Positions 28,781 to 39,374 of a stretch of DNA of 64,000 nt are shown here, piece after piece (position 1 is the first letter of the stretch; each line of letters begins with the position of its first letter). Under the pieces are notes generated by a model that made no database searches, was not told the DNA's origin, and saw only the letters and a program-made list of their open reading frames with translations. The position numbers and the translations under genes were made by a program. Source of the DNA: Abditibacterium sp. (GTDB lineage Bacteria > Armatimonadota > Abditibacteriia > Abditibacteriales > Abditibacteriaceae); NCBI GenBank assembly GCA_965199495.1, contig CBDASK010000003.1, positions 3,104,001-3,168,000 of the forward strand, read 5' to 3'.

Positions 28781-29743
28781 ATGAAATTCTCGGTCGTTGT
28801 CCCTTGCCACAATGCAGCCACGTCCATTGGGCAGACGCTACAAAGCATCGCGGCACAAACTTTGGCGCCGCACGAAATTATCGTCGTTGACGACAATTCG
28901 ACCGACGATTCGCGCGCGCAAATCGAAAATTGTGGCGTGCCGGTTCAGATTTATAAAGTTGATTTCGCGTGCGCGGGCGCGGCGCGCAACGCGGGCATTG
29001 CAGTAGCCACCGGCGATTGGATCGCGTTGTGCGACGCCGATGACGTGTGGTTTCCCCATCACTTGGAACAGGCGGCGCAGGTTTTACGCGATGGCAATGA
29101 CGTGGCTTATATGGCCAATCATTGCTTGCGCCGCGCGGGCGCCGATGAGTCGTTGCCCGATTCGATGCGGCACCAAATCGAATCGTCGGGCGGCGGCAGG
29201 ACGGGCGCGACGTGGCTCGATATTTTGGTGGAGGGTTTTCATTTCGGGCATTCGACGGTGATTTACCGGCGCGCTGTTTTGCGAGAAGCTGGCGGCTTCG
29301 ACGAAAGTTTCGCGCGGCAGGAAGATTTGGATTTGTGGTTACGCATGATCGCGCGCGGCACCTGGGCCTACGGCGCGCAGGAGGCGATGGCTTATCGCAC
29401 CGATACGCCGGGCAGTTTGTCGAAAAATATCGTCAAAAGCGAGGTTTTTTATCTGCGCGCGTTGCTCGGTAATCGTGCGAATTTTCCCGGCGCGGCGATG
29501 CAAACTTTACTGGGACGCAGCACGCGGCGCGCTTTGAGTCTGGCCTTTGTGGACGGTTCGCGCACCGATTTTCGCGCGGCTTATGTGTTGGCGCGGCTTC
29601 ATATTTCGCCGAAGTTGCGCGCTTTTTATGCTTTGGCACCGCTATTTCGTCCGCTCGTGCGCGGCGCGATTCGGCTCAAAAGGCGCTGGGTCTGGCGTAA
29701 TAATCCGGCGAAGGGTAAATTGAGTTTTGAGGAATCGGTTTGA
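28781..29743 (+). CDS. Glycosyltransferase family 2
   Basis: SVVVPCHN, VVDDNSTD, ARNAG, DADD, EDLDLW. Confidence 0.92.
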   Translation: MKFSVVVPCHNAATSIGQTLQSIAAQTLAPHEIIVVDDNSTDDSRAQIENCGVPVQIYKVDFACAGAARNAGIAVATGDWIALCDADDVWFPHHLEQAAQVLRDGNDVAYMANHCLRRAGADESLPDSMRHQIESSGGGRTGATWLDILVEGFHFGHSTVIYRRAVLREAGGFDESFARQEDLDLWLRMIARGTWAYGAQEAMAYRTDTPGSLSKNIVKSEVFYLRALLGNRANFPGAAMQTLLGRSTRRALSLAFVDGSRTDFRAAYVLARLHISPKLRAFYALAPLFRPLVRGAIRLKRRWVWRNNPAKGKLSFEESV

Positions 29744-29818
29744 ATCAAGTGTTCCAGCGAGAACAGGCGAGCGATTCCGTTTCTGTGCGCTATAGCCCTT
29801 GACAGTGTAGAGGCTACA

Positions 29819-29899
29819 ACAGTGGGGCTGACGCCTCCTTCCAATCGGTGGTCTTTCCTCGCTTGGATGCCGATTGGAAGGAGGCGTCAGCCCCGCTGT
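29819..29899. repeat. GGGGCTGACGC-family palindrome, copy 1
   Basis: GGGGCTGACGCCTCCTTCCAATCGG...CCGATTGGAAGGAGGCGTCAGCCCC; homolog at 54804-54939. Confidence 0.85.
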
Positions 29900-30009
29900 C
29901 AGAAATGTAGCTTTCTGTTTACGAAGGGCTATATTATTCTGGTAAACGCGCAGTAGCGGAATCGTTCGATTGTTCTCGCGAAACTTTAAACTCAATCCCA
30001 CTTTAATTC

Positions 30010-31455
30010 ATGTTCACTCAACGCGCGGCGCTGCTTTGTTTCGTCGCTTTTTGCTTTTATCTCATCGCGGTCGTCAACGAGTTGCCGGGCTTTTATTACG
30101 TGTTGATGTGGCTGGCGCTGGGACTGTTAGCGGCGTCGCTGGGCATCGCGTTTTTGTCGTTGTCGGGACTCGATTTCACCTGGACTTTGGCGCGCTCGAC
30201 CGGGCACGCGAGCGGCCTCACCCCAAACGAACTCGACGCGCGCGAACTGGCAGTGCCAGTTGTCGAAGCGACGCTCCGCAATCGCGGCTCGCTGAATAAA
30301 ACCGGCATTCTCATCGAACTCTATCTGCGCGACTTGGGGCGCGAGGGCGAAGTCGCGTTGGTTTATCTGCTCGAAGCGGTGCCCGCCGGGAAAACTCTCG
30401 ACATCGCGTTGCCGCTTCGCGAACTGCCGCGCGGAAATTACAAGTTGGAGCGCGCGCGTTTGATCGGCTCCGATGTGTTGGGATTGTTTCGCGCGCGGCG
30501 CAAATTATCGTGGCCCGAAGAGACTGCCGAAATCACCGTTGCGCCCGCGCTGTTGCCGGTGGCTGCTCTGGGGCCATCGGGGCACGGCGGGCGGGCGCGG
30601 CGCGGCACCAGTCGGCGCGCGCGGCCCGGCGCGGGCGACGAACTGCGTGGTACGCGGCCCTATGTCGCTGGCGATGATATGCGCCAGATTCACTGGAAAT
30701 CAACCGCGCGCACCGGCGCGCTCGTGATGCGCGAGTGGGAACAAGTCGGCAGCGCCGCGACAATGATCGTCTGGGATGGCGCCTTGGGAACTCAGTGGGG
30801 CGCGCCCGGACTTGACAGCACCGAATGCGGCCTGATTATGGTGGCTTCGCTCTTGGCGACTTTTGTCGAACGATCTCTGCCGTGTTCGCTGGCCGTTCTG
30901 GGCGAGCGCGCGCAATTTTGTCCGCATTTGTCGGGACAAAGCGCGCCAGCCAGCGCGCTCAGTCGCGCCGAAACGCAGGCGCTGGCGGTCGCACGAGCCA
31001 CGCGCACCCTATCGCTGGGCGCGGCGCTCGACGGCGTGTGGAACGGCGCGCGCGAAATCGAAACTTTAACGCTGGTCACCGCTTCGCTGGCGCCCGATGC
31101 GATTGAATGGGTGCGCTCGCTGCGCACCAAAAATATCGGCGTGCGCGTGCTTTTAATTGACGGCGCGGCGCTGGGGCGCGCGAGCGGCGATAAACGTTTC
31201 GTGGGACGGCGCGCGCAAAGCAATCCGCCGCTACAAAACGCGACTGGCAGCGCGCCGATTCCCATAACTTCGGCGGCGTTCGAGCGTCAAAAAGCAGCGT
31301 TATCGCGCGCGGGTGCCCACGTCGTATTATTCGCGCCGCCAAGCGCCGCCGACATCTGGCCTGCGCTGGAAGAGGCGCAAACCGCGTTGCTGGAGCATCC
31401 GGCGTCCCACGCTAATTCGGCTTTGGCGGGCGCCCATTCCCCCATCGAAATATGA
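30010..31455 (+). CDS. DUF58-domain protein
   Basis: RPYVAGDDMRQIHWKSTARTG.LVMREWE. Confidence 0.9.
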   Translation: MFTQRAALLCFVAFCFYLIAVVNELPGFYYVLMWLALGLLAASLGIAFLSLSGLDFTWTLARSTGHASGLTPNELDARELAVPVVEATLRNRGSLNKTGILIELYLRDLGREGEVALVYLLEAVPAGKTLDIALPLRELPRGNYKLERARLIGSDVLGLFRARRKLSWPEETAEITVAPALLPVAALGPSGHGGRARRGTSRRARPGAGDELRGTRPYVAGDDMRQIHWKSTARTGALVMREWEQVGSAATMIVWDGALGTQWGAPGLDSTECGLIMVASLLATFVERSLPCSLAVLGERAQFCPHLSGQSAPASALSRAETQALAVARATRTLSLGAALDGVWNGAREIETLTLVTASLAPDAIEWVRSLRTKNIGVRVLLIDGAALGRASGDKRFVGRRAQSNPPLQNATGSAPIPITSAAFERQKAALSRAGAHVVLFAPPSAADIWPALEEAQTALLEHPASHANSALAGAHSPIEI

Positions 31456-33860
31456 ATTCGTCCCGACTTTTCGCGCGCGCGCAAACCGAAGCAACTGGCC
31501 TCAACGGCGAGTTGGCGTTGCGCTATGGCGCGGCCACGCTCGTCACGCTCATCGCGTTGGCGGCGGCGCAGTTGGTTTTGCCAACGCAATTCATGGTGTT
31601 GTTGGGCGCCATCACTCTGGTCGGCGTGCCAGTTTCGCTATGGATGCGACTGCACGATATGCGAATCGGCGGCTTCGCGATGCCGCGTCCCTTGTGGAAC
31701 GCGCTGACGGTGACGGCGAGCATGGGAGCGTCGGCGTTTTTTCTGCGCGTCCCTTTGACAAATATATTGTCGGTCGTGCGCGATGGCTTTAACGATAGCG
31801 CCTATTTGCGCATCGGCGCGACCGAACCGATGTTGTTGCTGGTGCAACTTTTTCTGGTTTTCGCGGCGTTTCGCTCGTTCGCGCTCATCAACGACAAAGA
31901 CGCGACGCTGGCGACGGTGCCCTCGTTTTCCGTTTTGCTGCTGCTGATTCCGGTTTATCCCAACATCGAAGTCGTCTGCTATTTCATCGTGTGGACTTTG
32001 GTGGCGACGATGCTCTTCGCGCTCGATCACCGTTCGGAAATTCACGCGCAGGTGACGGCGATTGTGCCCGCGCCCGCGCCCGGCCAAGATGTGAAACTGG
32101 CGGCGCGCAGCTTGGCCGGAGTTTTGGGGATTTCGCTCTTCGTGGCCGTTTCGCTGTCGGGCCTATTGACCTCGCGCGATCCGCGCGACGGTTCGTCCTC
32201 CGATTCCGCGATTTCGCTGTTGGCAATGCGCTTGACGCAGTTTAATTTTCAGCACGACGGCAGTTCCAATAGCTCTGGCATGGAGCGCCAGATCGATTTT
32301 TCGACGGGCACTTCGCTTCCCACGCGCGCCATCTTGTGGAAAGCTGGCGTTTACACTCGCGATGGCCAGCAGATTTCCCCGGTTTATTGGCGACTTTTCA
32401 CGCTATCGCAATATAATGGCGCGGTCTGGTCGCAGAGCAGCGGGAATACGCGCGACAGCGTGAAGCAACCTTGGACGGAAAGCCAATGGCCCAGCACAAG
32501 TTCTCGCCAAGATGATAGTTTTGTTGTGGGTAAAAAGCAACCGAGAGATTTCACTCGGCCCCGTCAGGGAGGAAATTTCAGCAATGCGCTTACAGGATTC
32601 GATATTTCCGAAGCGCAACCGCGACTAGCCCATATTTTCGGACGCCCCAGCCAACCCGTGCGTTATCGGCTGACGGCGATGCGCACAAGCTTGGGATTTT
32701 TACCGTTGTTGCCCGCGCCCAGCACGCTCTATTTGCCCAGCAATCAACAAGACACTCTGCGCGTGCGCGACGATGGTGGCATTGACTTGAGTATTATCCT
32801 CTCCGGTCAGACTTTTCGAGCGGTATCGCAGTTGCCCCAGGTTTCCCAATATGGTCTGAAAGGCGCGGGGCCGCCGCTAAAGAAAGTGGCCCCTTCCAAG
32901 CAGCCACCGCCACAGGGTTCGCCCGTTTTGAGCGATTCCGAGCGCGCGATGTATCTGCAACTCCCCGCCGAATTGCCCGTGCGCGTGCGCCAGTTTGCGC
33001 GCGATGCGACGCGAAATATGGGCGCCGATGCCAGCAATTACGCGCGCGCGCAAAATCTGGCGCTCGCCACGCAAAAGGGCGCGATTTACACGTTGCGCCC
33101 GCCACAAATTCCCGCCGGACGCGATGCCGCCGACTTCTTTTTGTTCGAGAGTCGTCGCGGCTACTGCACCTATTTCGCGGGTGCTTTAACGATTTTATGC
33201 CGCACTGAGGGCATTCCGGCGCGCGTGGTTTCGGGCTTTGTCGCGCCCGAAAGGGATAGTAACGGTGAGAGCGTGATTCGCGATGCCAACGCGCACGCAT
33301 GGACAGAAATCTGGATCGAAGGTTGGGGCTGGGCCACCGTAGATGCCACGCCGCCCGATGATCGCGGCGACAACGCGCCAACGCTGCTGCAAAGCTGGGG
33401 CGACATCACCGCCGCTTTGCTGGATAAATCGCTGCGCGGGGCGCTCGTTCCCTGGCTGCCGGTGGCTGCTGGCGCGACTCTGATTGTGTTGGCTTTGGGC
33501 ATTTGGCGGTTTCGCCACGCCATCGCGCGCCGTTTGGGACGCACAACAATCGAGGAAACCGAACTCGCGCGCCGCCAAATCGCCGCCGATTACGAAAGTG
33601 GCGCGCGCGGATTGGCCCGTCGTTTTCGTCCGCGTCATGCGTGGGAAACGCCCGACGAATGGCTCCGCGCCGCGCGCGTTGCCGTGCCACAACTTCCGTT
33701 CGAGGCGTTGCAAATGCTCACCGATTTATACGTCCGCGCCCGTTTCTCGCCGCTCGATTTAAGCGCTAACGCTCTGCAACAATCGCAGCAAGCACGAACG
33801 GAAATTGTGTGGCCCAAAAGGAGAATATCGTCGCTTTTCCGCCGAGTGCCAAACAGTTAG
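31452..33860 (+). CDS. Membrane transglutaminase-like protein (TgpA-like)
   Basis: Multi-TM N-terminus; GYCTYFA, PARVVSGF, HAWTE, DATP. Confidence 0.92.
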   Translation: MNSSRLFARAQTEATGLNGELALRYGAATLVTLIALAAAQLVLPTQFMVLLGAITLVGVPVSLWMRLHDMRIGGFAMPRPLWNALTVTASMGASAFFLRVPLTNILSVVRDGFNDSAYLRIGATEPMLLLVQLFLVFAAFRSFALINDKDATLATVPSFSVLLLLIPVYPNIEVVCYFIVWTLVATMLFALDHRSEIHAQVTAIVPAPAPGQDVKLAARSLAGVLGISLFVAVSLSGLLTSRDPRDGSSSDSAISLLAMRLTQFNFQHDGSSNSSGMERQIDFSTGTSLPTRAILWKAGVYTRDGQQISPVYWRLFTLSQYNGAVWSQSSGNTRDSVKQPWTESQWPSTSSRQDDSFVVGKKQPRDFTRPRQGGNFSNALTGFDISEAQPRLAHIFGRPSQPVRYRLTAMRTSLGFLPLLPAPSTLYLPSNQQDTLRVRDDGGIDLSIILSGQTFRAVSQLPQVSQYGLKGAGPPLKKVAPSKQPPPQGSPVLSDSERAMYLQLPAELPVRVRQFARDATRNMGADASNYARAQNLALATQKGAIYTLRPPQIPAGRDAADFFLFESRRGYCTYFAGALTILCRTEGIPARVVSGFVAPERDSNGESVIRDANAHAWTEIWIEGWGWATVDATPPDDRGDNAPTLLQSWGDITAALLDKSLRGALVPWLPVAAGATLIVLALGIWRFRHAIARRLGRTTIEETELARRQIAADYESGARGLARRFRPRHAWETPDEWLRAARVAVPQLPFEALQMLTDLYVRARFSPLDLSANALQQSQQARTEIVWPKRRISSLFRRVPNS

Positions 33861-33896
33861 ATCGCTGTTTTGCATCCTTTTGGACGAGCTATAGAC

Positions 33897-33933
33897 AAAA
33901 AGACCGCGACCCAAAAGGGGTTGCGGTCTTTTT
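33897..33933. terminator. Bidirectional terminator
   Basis: AAAAAGACCGCGACCC..GGGTTGCGGTCTTTTT between convergent genes. Confidence 0.8.
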
Positions 33934-33949
33934 ACTTCGCGAGTCGAAA

Positions 33950-34294
33950 CTAAGATTTGGTTAAGCTCACGATCATATTCTGTGCGTCAGCGTCGAGACC
34001 ATAGCCCAGCGTGTTCTCGAAGAAACGGACGGGCACCATCATTTCGCCATTGTCAATCCAAGGGTGGGCTTGCAATTCGCTCTTTTCACCGTCAACATCA
34101 ACGGTGTTGTCGTTGCTTTTAAGAGTGATAATTTTGTCGTCCATGTAGACGATAGCAGTGCCCGTTGTCGGTTCCCAGTCCGCTTTGCCGCCCAGGGCGA
34201 CCACGACATCGCGCAGAGGCACATACATCGTGCCCGAACCCACGCGTGGCTCGGTGGCGACTTCGAGCATTTCGCCGTTTAACATATAAGGCAT
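33950..34294 (-). CDS. Copper amine oxidase N-terminal (stalk) domain protein
   Basis: MYVPLRDVVVALG and MMVPVRFF..LG duplicated motif. Confidence 0.85.
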   Translation of the reverse strand: MPYMLNGEMLEVATEPRVGSGTMYVPLRDVVVALGGKADWEPTTGTAIVYMDDKIITLKSNDNTVDVDGEKSELQAHPWIDNGEMMVPVRFFENTLGYGLDADAQNMIVSLTKS

Positions 34295-34325
34295 AATTCC
34301 CTCCGAAAAAGTTAGGTCAGCTAAC

Positions 34326-34358
34326 AAAAAGGATGAACCTCGTGGCTCATCCTTTTTT
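34326..34358 (-). terminator. Intrinsic terminator
   Basis: AAAAAGGATGA-ACCTCGTGGC-TCATCCTTTTT; loop carries CGTGGCT. Confidence 0.7.
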
Positions 34359-34362
34359 GTTT

Positions 34363-34917
34363 TTACATTTTTCCGCCAGCCACTTTCAACTGGTTGTCCA
34401 CGGTGAAACCGGTGGGGCCATTCTTTTTGGCGATGGCTTCGGCCATCGTCTTCTGCGCGGCGCTGGTGACAGTGCCACGCAATGCGATGGTATTTTTTGC
34501 GCCGATGGTGTCCACGTTAATGTTGCTGCCTTTCAACGCAGGTTGCGCGCCCAGAGCGGTTTTGATTTTCGGGGTGTAGGTCATCGCGTCGCCCGCGTTG
34601 GCAATCGCTCCACCAGCCGCTGCGGCACCCTGCGCGACATCAGTTGTCGCGTTGGCGGCGGCGTTGCCCATGGCATCGGTCGTATTGGCAGCCGCGTTGC
34701 CCATCGCGTCGGTGGTGTTACCAGCAGCGTCGGTCATGTTGCTCGCGGTGTTGCCCATGGCGTCGGCCACGTTTTCAGTTGTGTTGGCCGCTCCGCCAAC
34801 GACATTCTCGGTGGCGTCGGGCACGGCGTCATTGTCTTTGTTGGCGCAACCGGTGGCCAGCGTGATCATGACGCCTCCAGCTCCGAGCAGGGCAGTGTAT
34901 TTCTTGATGTTTTTCAT
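34363..34917 (-). CDS. BON-domain lipoprotein with Ala/Asn/Thr-rich repeats
   Basis: LATGC lipobox; TTDAMGNAAA repeats; INVDT..LRGTV..VDNQL. Confidence 0.88.
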   Translation of the reverse strand: MKNIKKYTALLGAGGVMITLATGCANKDNDAVPDATENVVGGAANTTENVADAMGNTASNMTDAAGNTTDAMGNAAANTTDAMGNAAANATTDVAQGAAAAGGAIANAGDAMTYTPKIKTALGAQPALKGSNINVDTIGAKNTIALRGTVTSAAQKTMAEAIAKKNGPTGFTVDNQLKVAGGKM

Positions 34918-35032
34918 TGATTTCTCCGTTGAAGTGCGTAAATTTTTACGACGCCCCCAGTTAAATGCAAATGCAAGGCCCGTGCAATAAGACAATGCAC
35001 ACAAAGTGAAATTTATTTAGTCCTTTCCCTTT

Positions 35033-36292
35033 TCACTTCATTGCATCGAGCGCCTCACTCAACGCTAAATTGAGTTGCTCGCCCGCATCCAAATCTTTGA
35101 GCGCGACGGTATCCGAAGCCAACTCGTTGTCGCCGATAATTAGCGCATAGCGCGCGCGGCTACGATTGGCCTCACGCATTTGCGCCTTCAGGCTGCGCCC
35201 CACGAAATCGCGGTCGCAACTCAAACCCGCGCCGCGCACGCGCGCCACCAATTGAGGCGCCGCCGCGCGCGCGTTGTCGCCCAGCGTCACCACGAACGCC
35301 GTCAATCGTTCGCGCTCAATCTTGGTTTGTTCCGATGCCGCGCGCACCAACAGCAACCGTTCGATGCCGCAACCGAACCCGATGCCCGGCGTGGCTGCTC
35401 CGCCCAACTCTTCGACCAAACCGTCGTAACGCCCGCCGCCCAAAACGGTGGACTGTGCGCCCAACTTGTCCGAAACCCACTCGAACGCCGTGCGCGAATA
35501 ATAATCGAAACCGCGCACCAGCAGCGAATCCACTTCATAAGCGATTTCTAAATTATCGAGAATCGCGCACACGCGCTCGAAGTGTTCGATAGATTCGCTG
35601 TCATGTTGCCGCAAATACGGCAACAATTCCGGCGCGCCTTCGAGGGCTTGATGATCGCGCTCGTCCTTGGAATCGAAGACGCGTAAGGGATTGGTATCCA
35701 ACCGGCGTTTGGAATCGTCGCTCAAGTTCTCGCGTTGCGGCTCCAAATAATCGCGTAGCCGCGCGATGTAGCCACGGCGGCTTTCCATCGTGCCCAGCGA
35801 ATTGATTTTCAGCGTCGCTTCGATGCCGATTGCGCGCAAAAACTCGGCGCTCAAAGCCAAAACTTCGGCATCGGCATCGGGCGAAGCCGCGCCCAACATC
35901 TCGACGCCGCATTGGTGATGCTGGCGATAACGCCCGGCCTGCACCGCTTCGTAGCGAAAATTCGGTTGAATATAAAACAGCTTGGCGACCGGCCCGCGCT
36001 CGTTGATGTGATGTTCCAAATAAGAGCGCACGACGCCCGCCGTGCCTTCGGGCCGCAATGTATACGATTCGCCGTCCAAAGCCGTGAAGGTATACATCTG
36101 CTTGGTCACCATCACGTCGGACGAGGCGCCGGTCGCGCGCGAAAAAAGTTCGGTTTGTTCAAAGAGCGGCGTGCGGATTTCGTGGAAACCGGCGCGCGCG
36201 CAGATTTGGCGAAACGTCTCTTCGACGAAGCGCCAATCGGCGATCTGTTCGGGCAAAATGTCGTGCGTGCCACGCGGAGATTGATATTTCAT
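35033..36292 (-). CDS. hisS: Histidine--tRNA ligase
   Basis: PRGTHD, LRPEGTA, GRYRQHHQ, LVRGFDYY, GGGRYDGL. Confidence 0.97.
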   Translation of the reverse strand: MKYQSPRGTHDILPEQIADWRFVEETFRQICARAGFHEIRTPLFEQTELFSRATGASSDVMVTKQMYTFTALDGESYTLRPEGTAGVVRSYLEHHINERGPVAKLFYIQPNFRYEAVQAGRYRQHHQCGVEMLGAASPDADAEVLALSAEFLRAIGIEATLKINSLGTMESRRGYIARLRDYLEPQRENLSDDSKRRLDTNPLRVFDSKDERDHQALEGAPELLPYLRQHDSESIEHFERVCAILDNLEIAYEVDSLLVRGFDYYSRTAFEWVSDKLGAQSTVLGGGRYDGLVEELGGAATPGIGFGCGIERLLLVRAASEQTKIERERLTAFVVTLGDNARAAAPQLVARVRGAGLSCDRDFVGRSLKAQMREANRSRARYALIIGDNELASDTVALKDLDAGEQLNLALSEALDAMK

Positions 36293-36342
36293 GGTTTGTG
36301 TTTAGGGTTTGGCAAGCGTTGTAATAGTGGAAGAAAACATTA

Positions 36343-36861
36343 TTATTTGCAAAGCGACAGAATCTGTGCTTCAAATGTGGGAAATTCTGCCTGCGCCCTT
36401 GCGATTATTTCGCTCGGCTTGCTTTGTGAAGTGGTTGAGTTCCGGCGGGCGAATGCGCTAAATTCGGCATCGGGAGTTTTGCCGTCATCCGGGGAAGAGA
36501 TGGCTTCAAGTGGGCCGTGTCCACTGGCTAACAACCATAAATAATCCGAAAAATTTCGGGCGATCACTCCCATTTCGCCCTCAGAACCAAAAAATACGAG
36601 GGGTTGCTCCAAAAGGTCTGATTGCTCTCGGACAAGCCAAAACGCGGCATATCCGCCAGTGCCATCTTGGCCAAAGATTAAGTAGTGGCTCGCGTCCGCG
36701 TTGACATTTCCCGTCCAAGCCCGAAACCAATTTTGAGTGTCTTCGACCGAAAGAAATGTCTCATACGGCTCAAAATCAATGCCCTCGCCATCCAGATAAT
36801 CGAAGGAAAAAGTATGGAGTTGCCGCATTAAAGCGGGCATCTCTATATTATTTGATTCCAT
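36343..36861 (-). CDS. SMI1/KNR4 (SUKH)-like protein
   Basis: FGQDGTGGYAAFW, FFGSEGEMGVIARNFSDYL; lower GC than flanks. Confidence 0.75.
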   Translation of the reverse strand: MESNNIEMPALMRQLHTFSFDYLDGEGIDFEPYETFLSVEDTQNWFRAWTGNVNADASHYLIFGQDGTGGYAAFWLVREQSDLLEQPLVFFGSEGEMGVIARNFSDYLWLLASGHGPLEAISSPDDGKTPDAEFSAFARRNSTTSQSKPSEIIARAQAEFPTFEAQILSLCK

Positions 36862-36863
36862 AT

Positions 36864-38108
36864 TTACGCCGCCAGCGCGCTCATCACCGTATTAATATCT
36901 TTGTCGCCGCGCCCCGACAAATTGACGATAATCCTTTGATCCGCCGTCATCGAAGGCGCCAATTCGTTGAGATAAGCCAGCGCATGCGAACTTTCGAGCG
37001 CGGGCAAAATGCCTTCGAGGCGACACAACAATTGCAACGCGTCGAGCGCTTCCTGATCGGTCGCGGCGGCGTATTGGGCGCGTCCACTATCTTTTAAATG
37101 CGCGTGTTCCGGCCCGACGCCGGGATAATCCAAACCCGCCGAAATCGAGTGGGTTTCCTGGATCTGGCCCCAATCGTCCTGCATGATATACGAAAGCGAA
37201 CCGTGCAAAACGCCTTTGGTGCCCCGGTTCAAGGGCGCCGCGTGCTTGCCCGAATCCAGACCGTCGCCCGCCGCTTCGACGCCGATCAATCGCACGCTTT
37301 TGTCTTCGACGAACGGATAAAACAGGCCCATCGCATTGGAGCCGCCGCCGATGCACGCCAAACAAACGTCGGGCAATTGGCCGGTCTGCTCCAAAATCTG
37401 CGCGCGCGCTTCTTGGCCTGTGACGGCGTGGAAATCGCGCACCATCGCCGGAAACGGGTGCGGCCCGACGACGCTGCCGATAATATAATGCGTATCGCGC
37501 ACGTTAGTCACCCAATCGCGCATCGCTTCGTTGGTCGCGTCTTTGAGCGTTTTCGAGCCGCTCATCACGGGAATCACATTGGCGCCCAGCAGTTTCATGC
37601 GAAACACGTTGAGCGATTGGCGGCGCGTGTCTTCCTCGCCCATGTAAACGTCGCACGCGAAACCGAAACGCGCGGCGACGGTGGCAGTAGCCACGCCGTG
37701 CTGGCCCGCGCCGGTTTCGGCGATGAGACGCGGTTTGCCCATGCGCTTGGCGAGCAGCGCCTGGCCCAGCGCGTTATTAATTTTATGCGCGCCCGTATGC
37801 AGCAAATCTTCGCGCTTGAGGAAAATCTGCGCGCCGCCGAAATGTTCGGTCAGTCGCGTGGCGTGATAGAGCGGCGTCGGGCGCCCGGCGAAATCGCGCA
37901 ACAGTTCGCTGAGTTCGGCGCAAAACGATGGGTCGGCGAGCGCATTGCGATAGGTTTCTTCGAGTTCGCGCAACGCGACCATCAAAGTTTCGGGCACGAA
38001 CTGACCGCCAAACGCGCCAAAATGCCCCAGTTCGGACGATTCGAGTTGGGCGGCAACGGCTTCGGTTACGATTTCCTGCGCGGCATCGGAGGTAGCGACG
38101 GATGACAT
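36864..38108 (-). CDS. trpB: Tryptophan synthase beta chain
   Basis: [49 protein letters not shown]. Confidence 0.98.
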   Translation of the reverse strand: MSSVATSDAAQEIVTEAVAAQLESSELGHFGAFGGQFVPETLMVALRELEETYRNALADPSFCAELSELLRDFAGRPTPLYHATRLTEHFGGAQIFLKREDLLHTGAHKINNALGQALLAKRMGKPRLIAETGAGQHGVATATVAARFGFACDVYMGEEDTRRQSLNVFRMKLLGANVIPVMSGSKTLKDATNEAMRDWVTNVRDTHYIIGSVVGPHPFPAMVRDFHAVTGQEARAQILEQTGQLPDVCLACIGGGSNAMGLFYPFVEDKSVRLIGVEAAGDGLDSGKHAAPLNRGTKGVLHGSLSYIMQDDWGQIQETHSISAGLDYPGVGPEHAHLKDSGRAQYAAATDQEALDALQLLCRLEGILPALESSHALAYLNELAPSMTADQRIIVNLSGRGDKDINTVMSALAA

Positions 38109-38149
38109 ATTCCGTTAGTTTGCCAAATTGCGGGCTTTCCCGATTTGAA

Positions 38150-38307
38150 TTAGTCACAGAGTTCACCGAGGACGCACAGAGGGGCACAGAGAAGGGAGAA
38201 GAAAGTAACTCACAAAAGCAAAAATATATTTTGTATTTATTCTATTTTTTGATTTCTTTTCCCTTCTCTGTGCCCCTCTGTGCGTCCTCGGTGAACTCTG
38301 TGGCTGA
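38150..38307. repeat. CACAGAG-family inverted repeat, copy 2 (overlaps E2 3' end)
   Basis: CACAGAGTTCACCGAGGACGCACAGAGGGGCACAGAGAAGGGA arm and its reverse complement. Confidence 0.85.
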
Positions 38308-39363
38308 ATCCAAAATCGCAATCGGTTCGCGCAGATAACCCGCGACGCTCGCCATGAAAGCTGCTGCGCCGACGCCATTGAGAATGCGATGATCGAAGGT
38401 TAAAACGAAGTTGACGACCTGCTGCCACTCCATGCCGCCATCGTCGGTTTTGACCGGAATATCACTTGGCGTGCCGACAAATAACGTCGCCACGGCGGGG
38501 AAAAGCACGCGAGGCGTGGCCGTCCAGATGTTGTGGCCCGCCATGTAGCTAATCAGCATTTGTGGACGGCCCGGCGTCGCGCGGCCCGCCTGAATGTCGG
38601 TGATGCTGTGGCGCATCGCGTCGAGGAAATTGCCCAGTTCGAGCGTACAGGCGGCGGGCAGAGAAGCCACGCCCAGTTCGTCGTGCGGCAGACCGACGGC
38701 GTTGCCCAGACACACTTCGCTCTGGGTTTCGTAGCCGCGCGCGCCGTTGTTATTGGTCAAAAAGCGCGGGTGATCTTTCATCGCGCGCGTCACGCTCCAC
38801 GCGATCAGTTCGGGCCGCGACGGACGATGATCTAAATTTTGCGATTCGCGCAACGCGTGACAGGTCGGTAGCAGGTTGTCCCACGGAATGCGAACCGTAA
38901 TCGAGGCTTCGGAAATATAATTCTGCGAATCGGAAAACAGTTGACCAAGCCGAACCTGGCGCACCGACAAATCGAGCGGTTCTTCGCGTGGTGCATCGGG
39001 CGCCTTGTTCTTTTGCGCCGCCTTTTCGCGCGGCGACATCGCCCGATTGCGTAGCTTGGAAACCGGCGATGGCGCCGCCGTGGCTGCATCGGAGATGGCG
39101 GCGTGTCCATTGGTTCCGTTGGTATGCGCCAGACTTTCGACGCGCGCGACGACGGTGCCAACGGGAATGGTTTCGCCGGGTTGCACGAGCCATTTGCGCA
39201 GACAACCACCGTGCGGAGTTTCAATTTCCATCACGGCTTTGTCGGTTTCCACTTCGAGCAGAAGCTCGTCTTTCTGAAGCATATCACCCTCGTTTTTGAG
39301 GAGTGCGACGACGCGAACTTCGGTCAGACCTTCGCCCAGTTGGGATATTTTGATTTCGTGCAT
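38242..39363 (-). CDS. Divergent 2-oxoacid dehydrogenase E2-like acyltransferase
   Basis: Lipoyl domain ETDKA; catalytic motif FDHRILNG. Confidence 0.85.
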   Translation of the reverse strand: MHEIKISQLGEGLTEVRVVALLKNEGDMLQKDELLLEVETDKAVMEIETPHGGCLRKWLVQPGETIPVGTVVARVESLAHTNGTNGHAAISDAATAAPSPVSKLRNRAMSPREKAAQKNKAPDAPREEPLDLSVRQVRLGQLFSDSQNYISEASITVRIPWDNLLPTCHALRESQNLDHRPSRPELIAWSVTRAMKDHPRFLTNNNGARGYETQSEVCLGNAVGLPHDELGVASLPAACTLELGNFLDAMRHSITDIQAGRATPGRPQMLISYMAGHNIWTATPRVLFPAVATLFVGTPSDIPVKTDDGGMEWQQVVNFVLTFDHRILNGVGAAAFMASVAGYLREPIAILDSATEFTEDAQRGTEKGKEIKK

Positions 39364-39374
39364 TTGTTAGGGAA

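Noticed and set aside
34600..34810. Tandem repeats in the BON gene
   Set aside because: Low-complexity protein linker (TTDAMGNAAA), coding in origin
37098..38105. Long antisense ORFs (also 48606..49547, 27001..27825, 7444..8187)
   Set aside because: Shadow frames of GC-rich genes with clear sense-strand products
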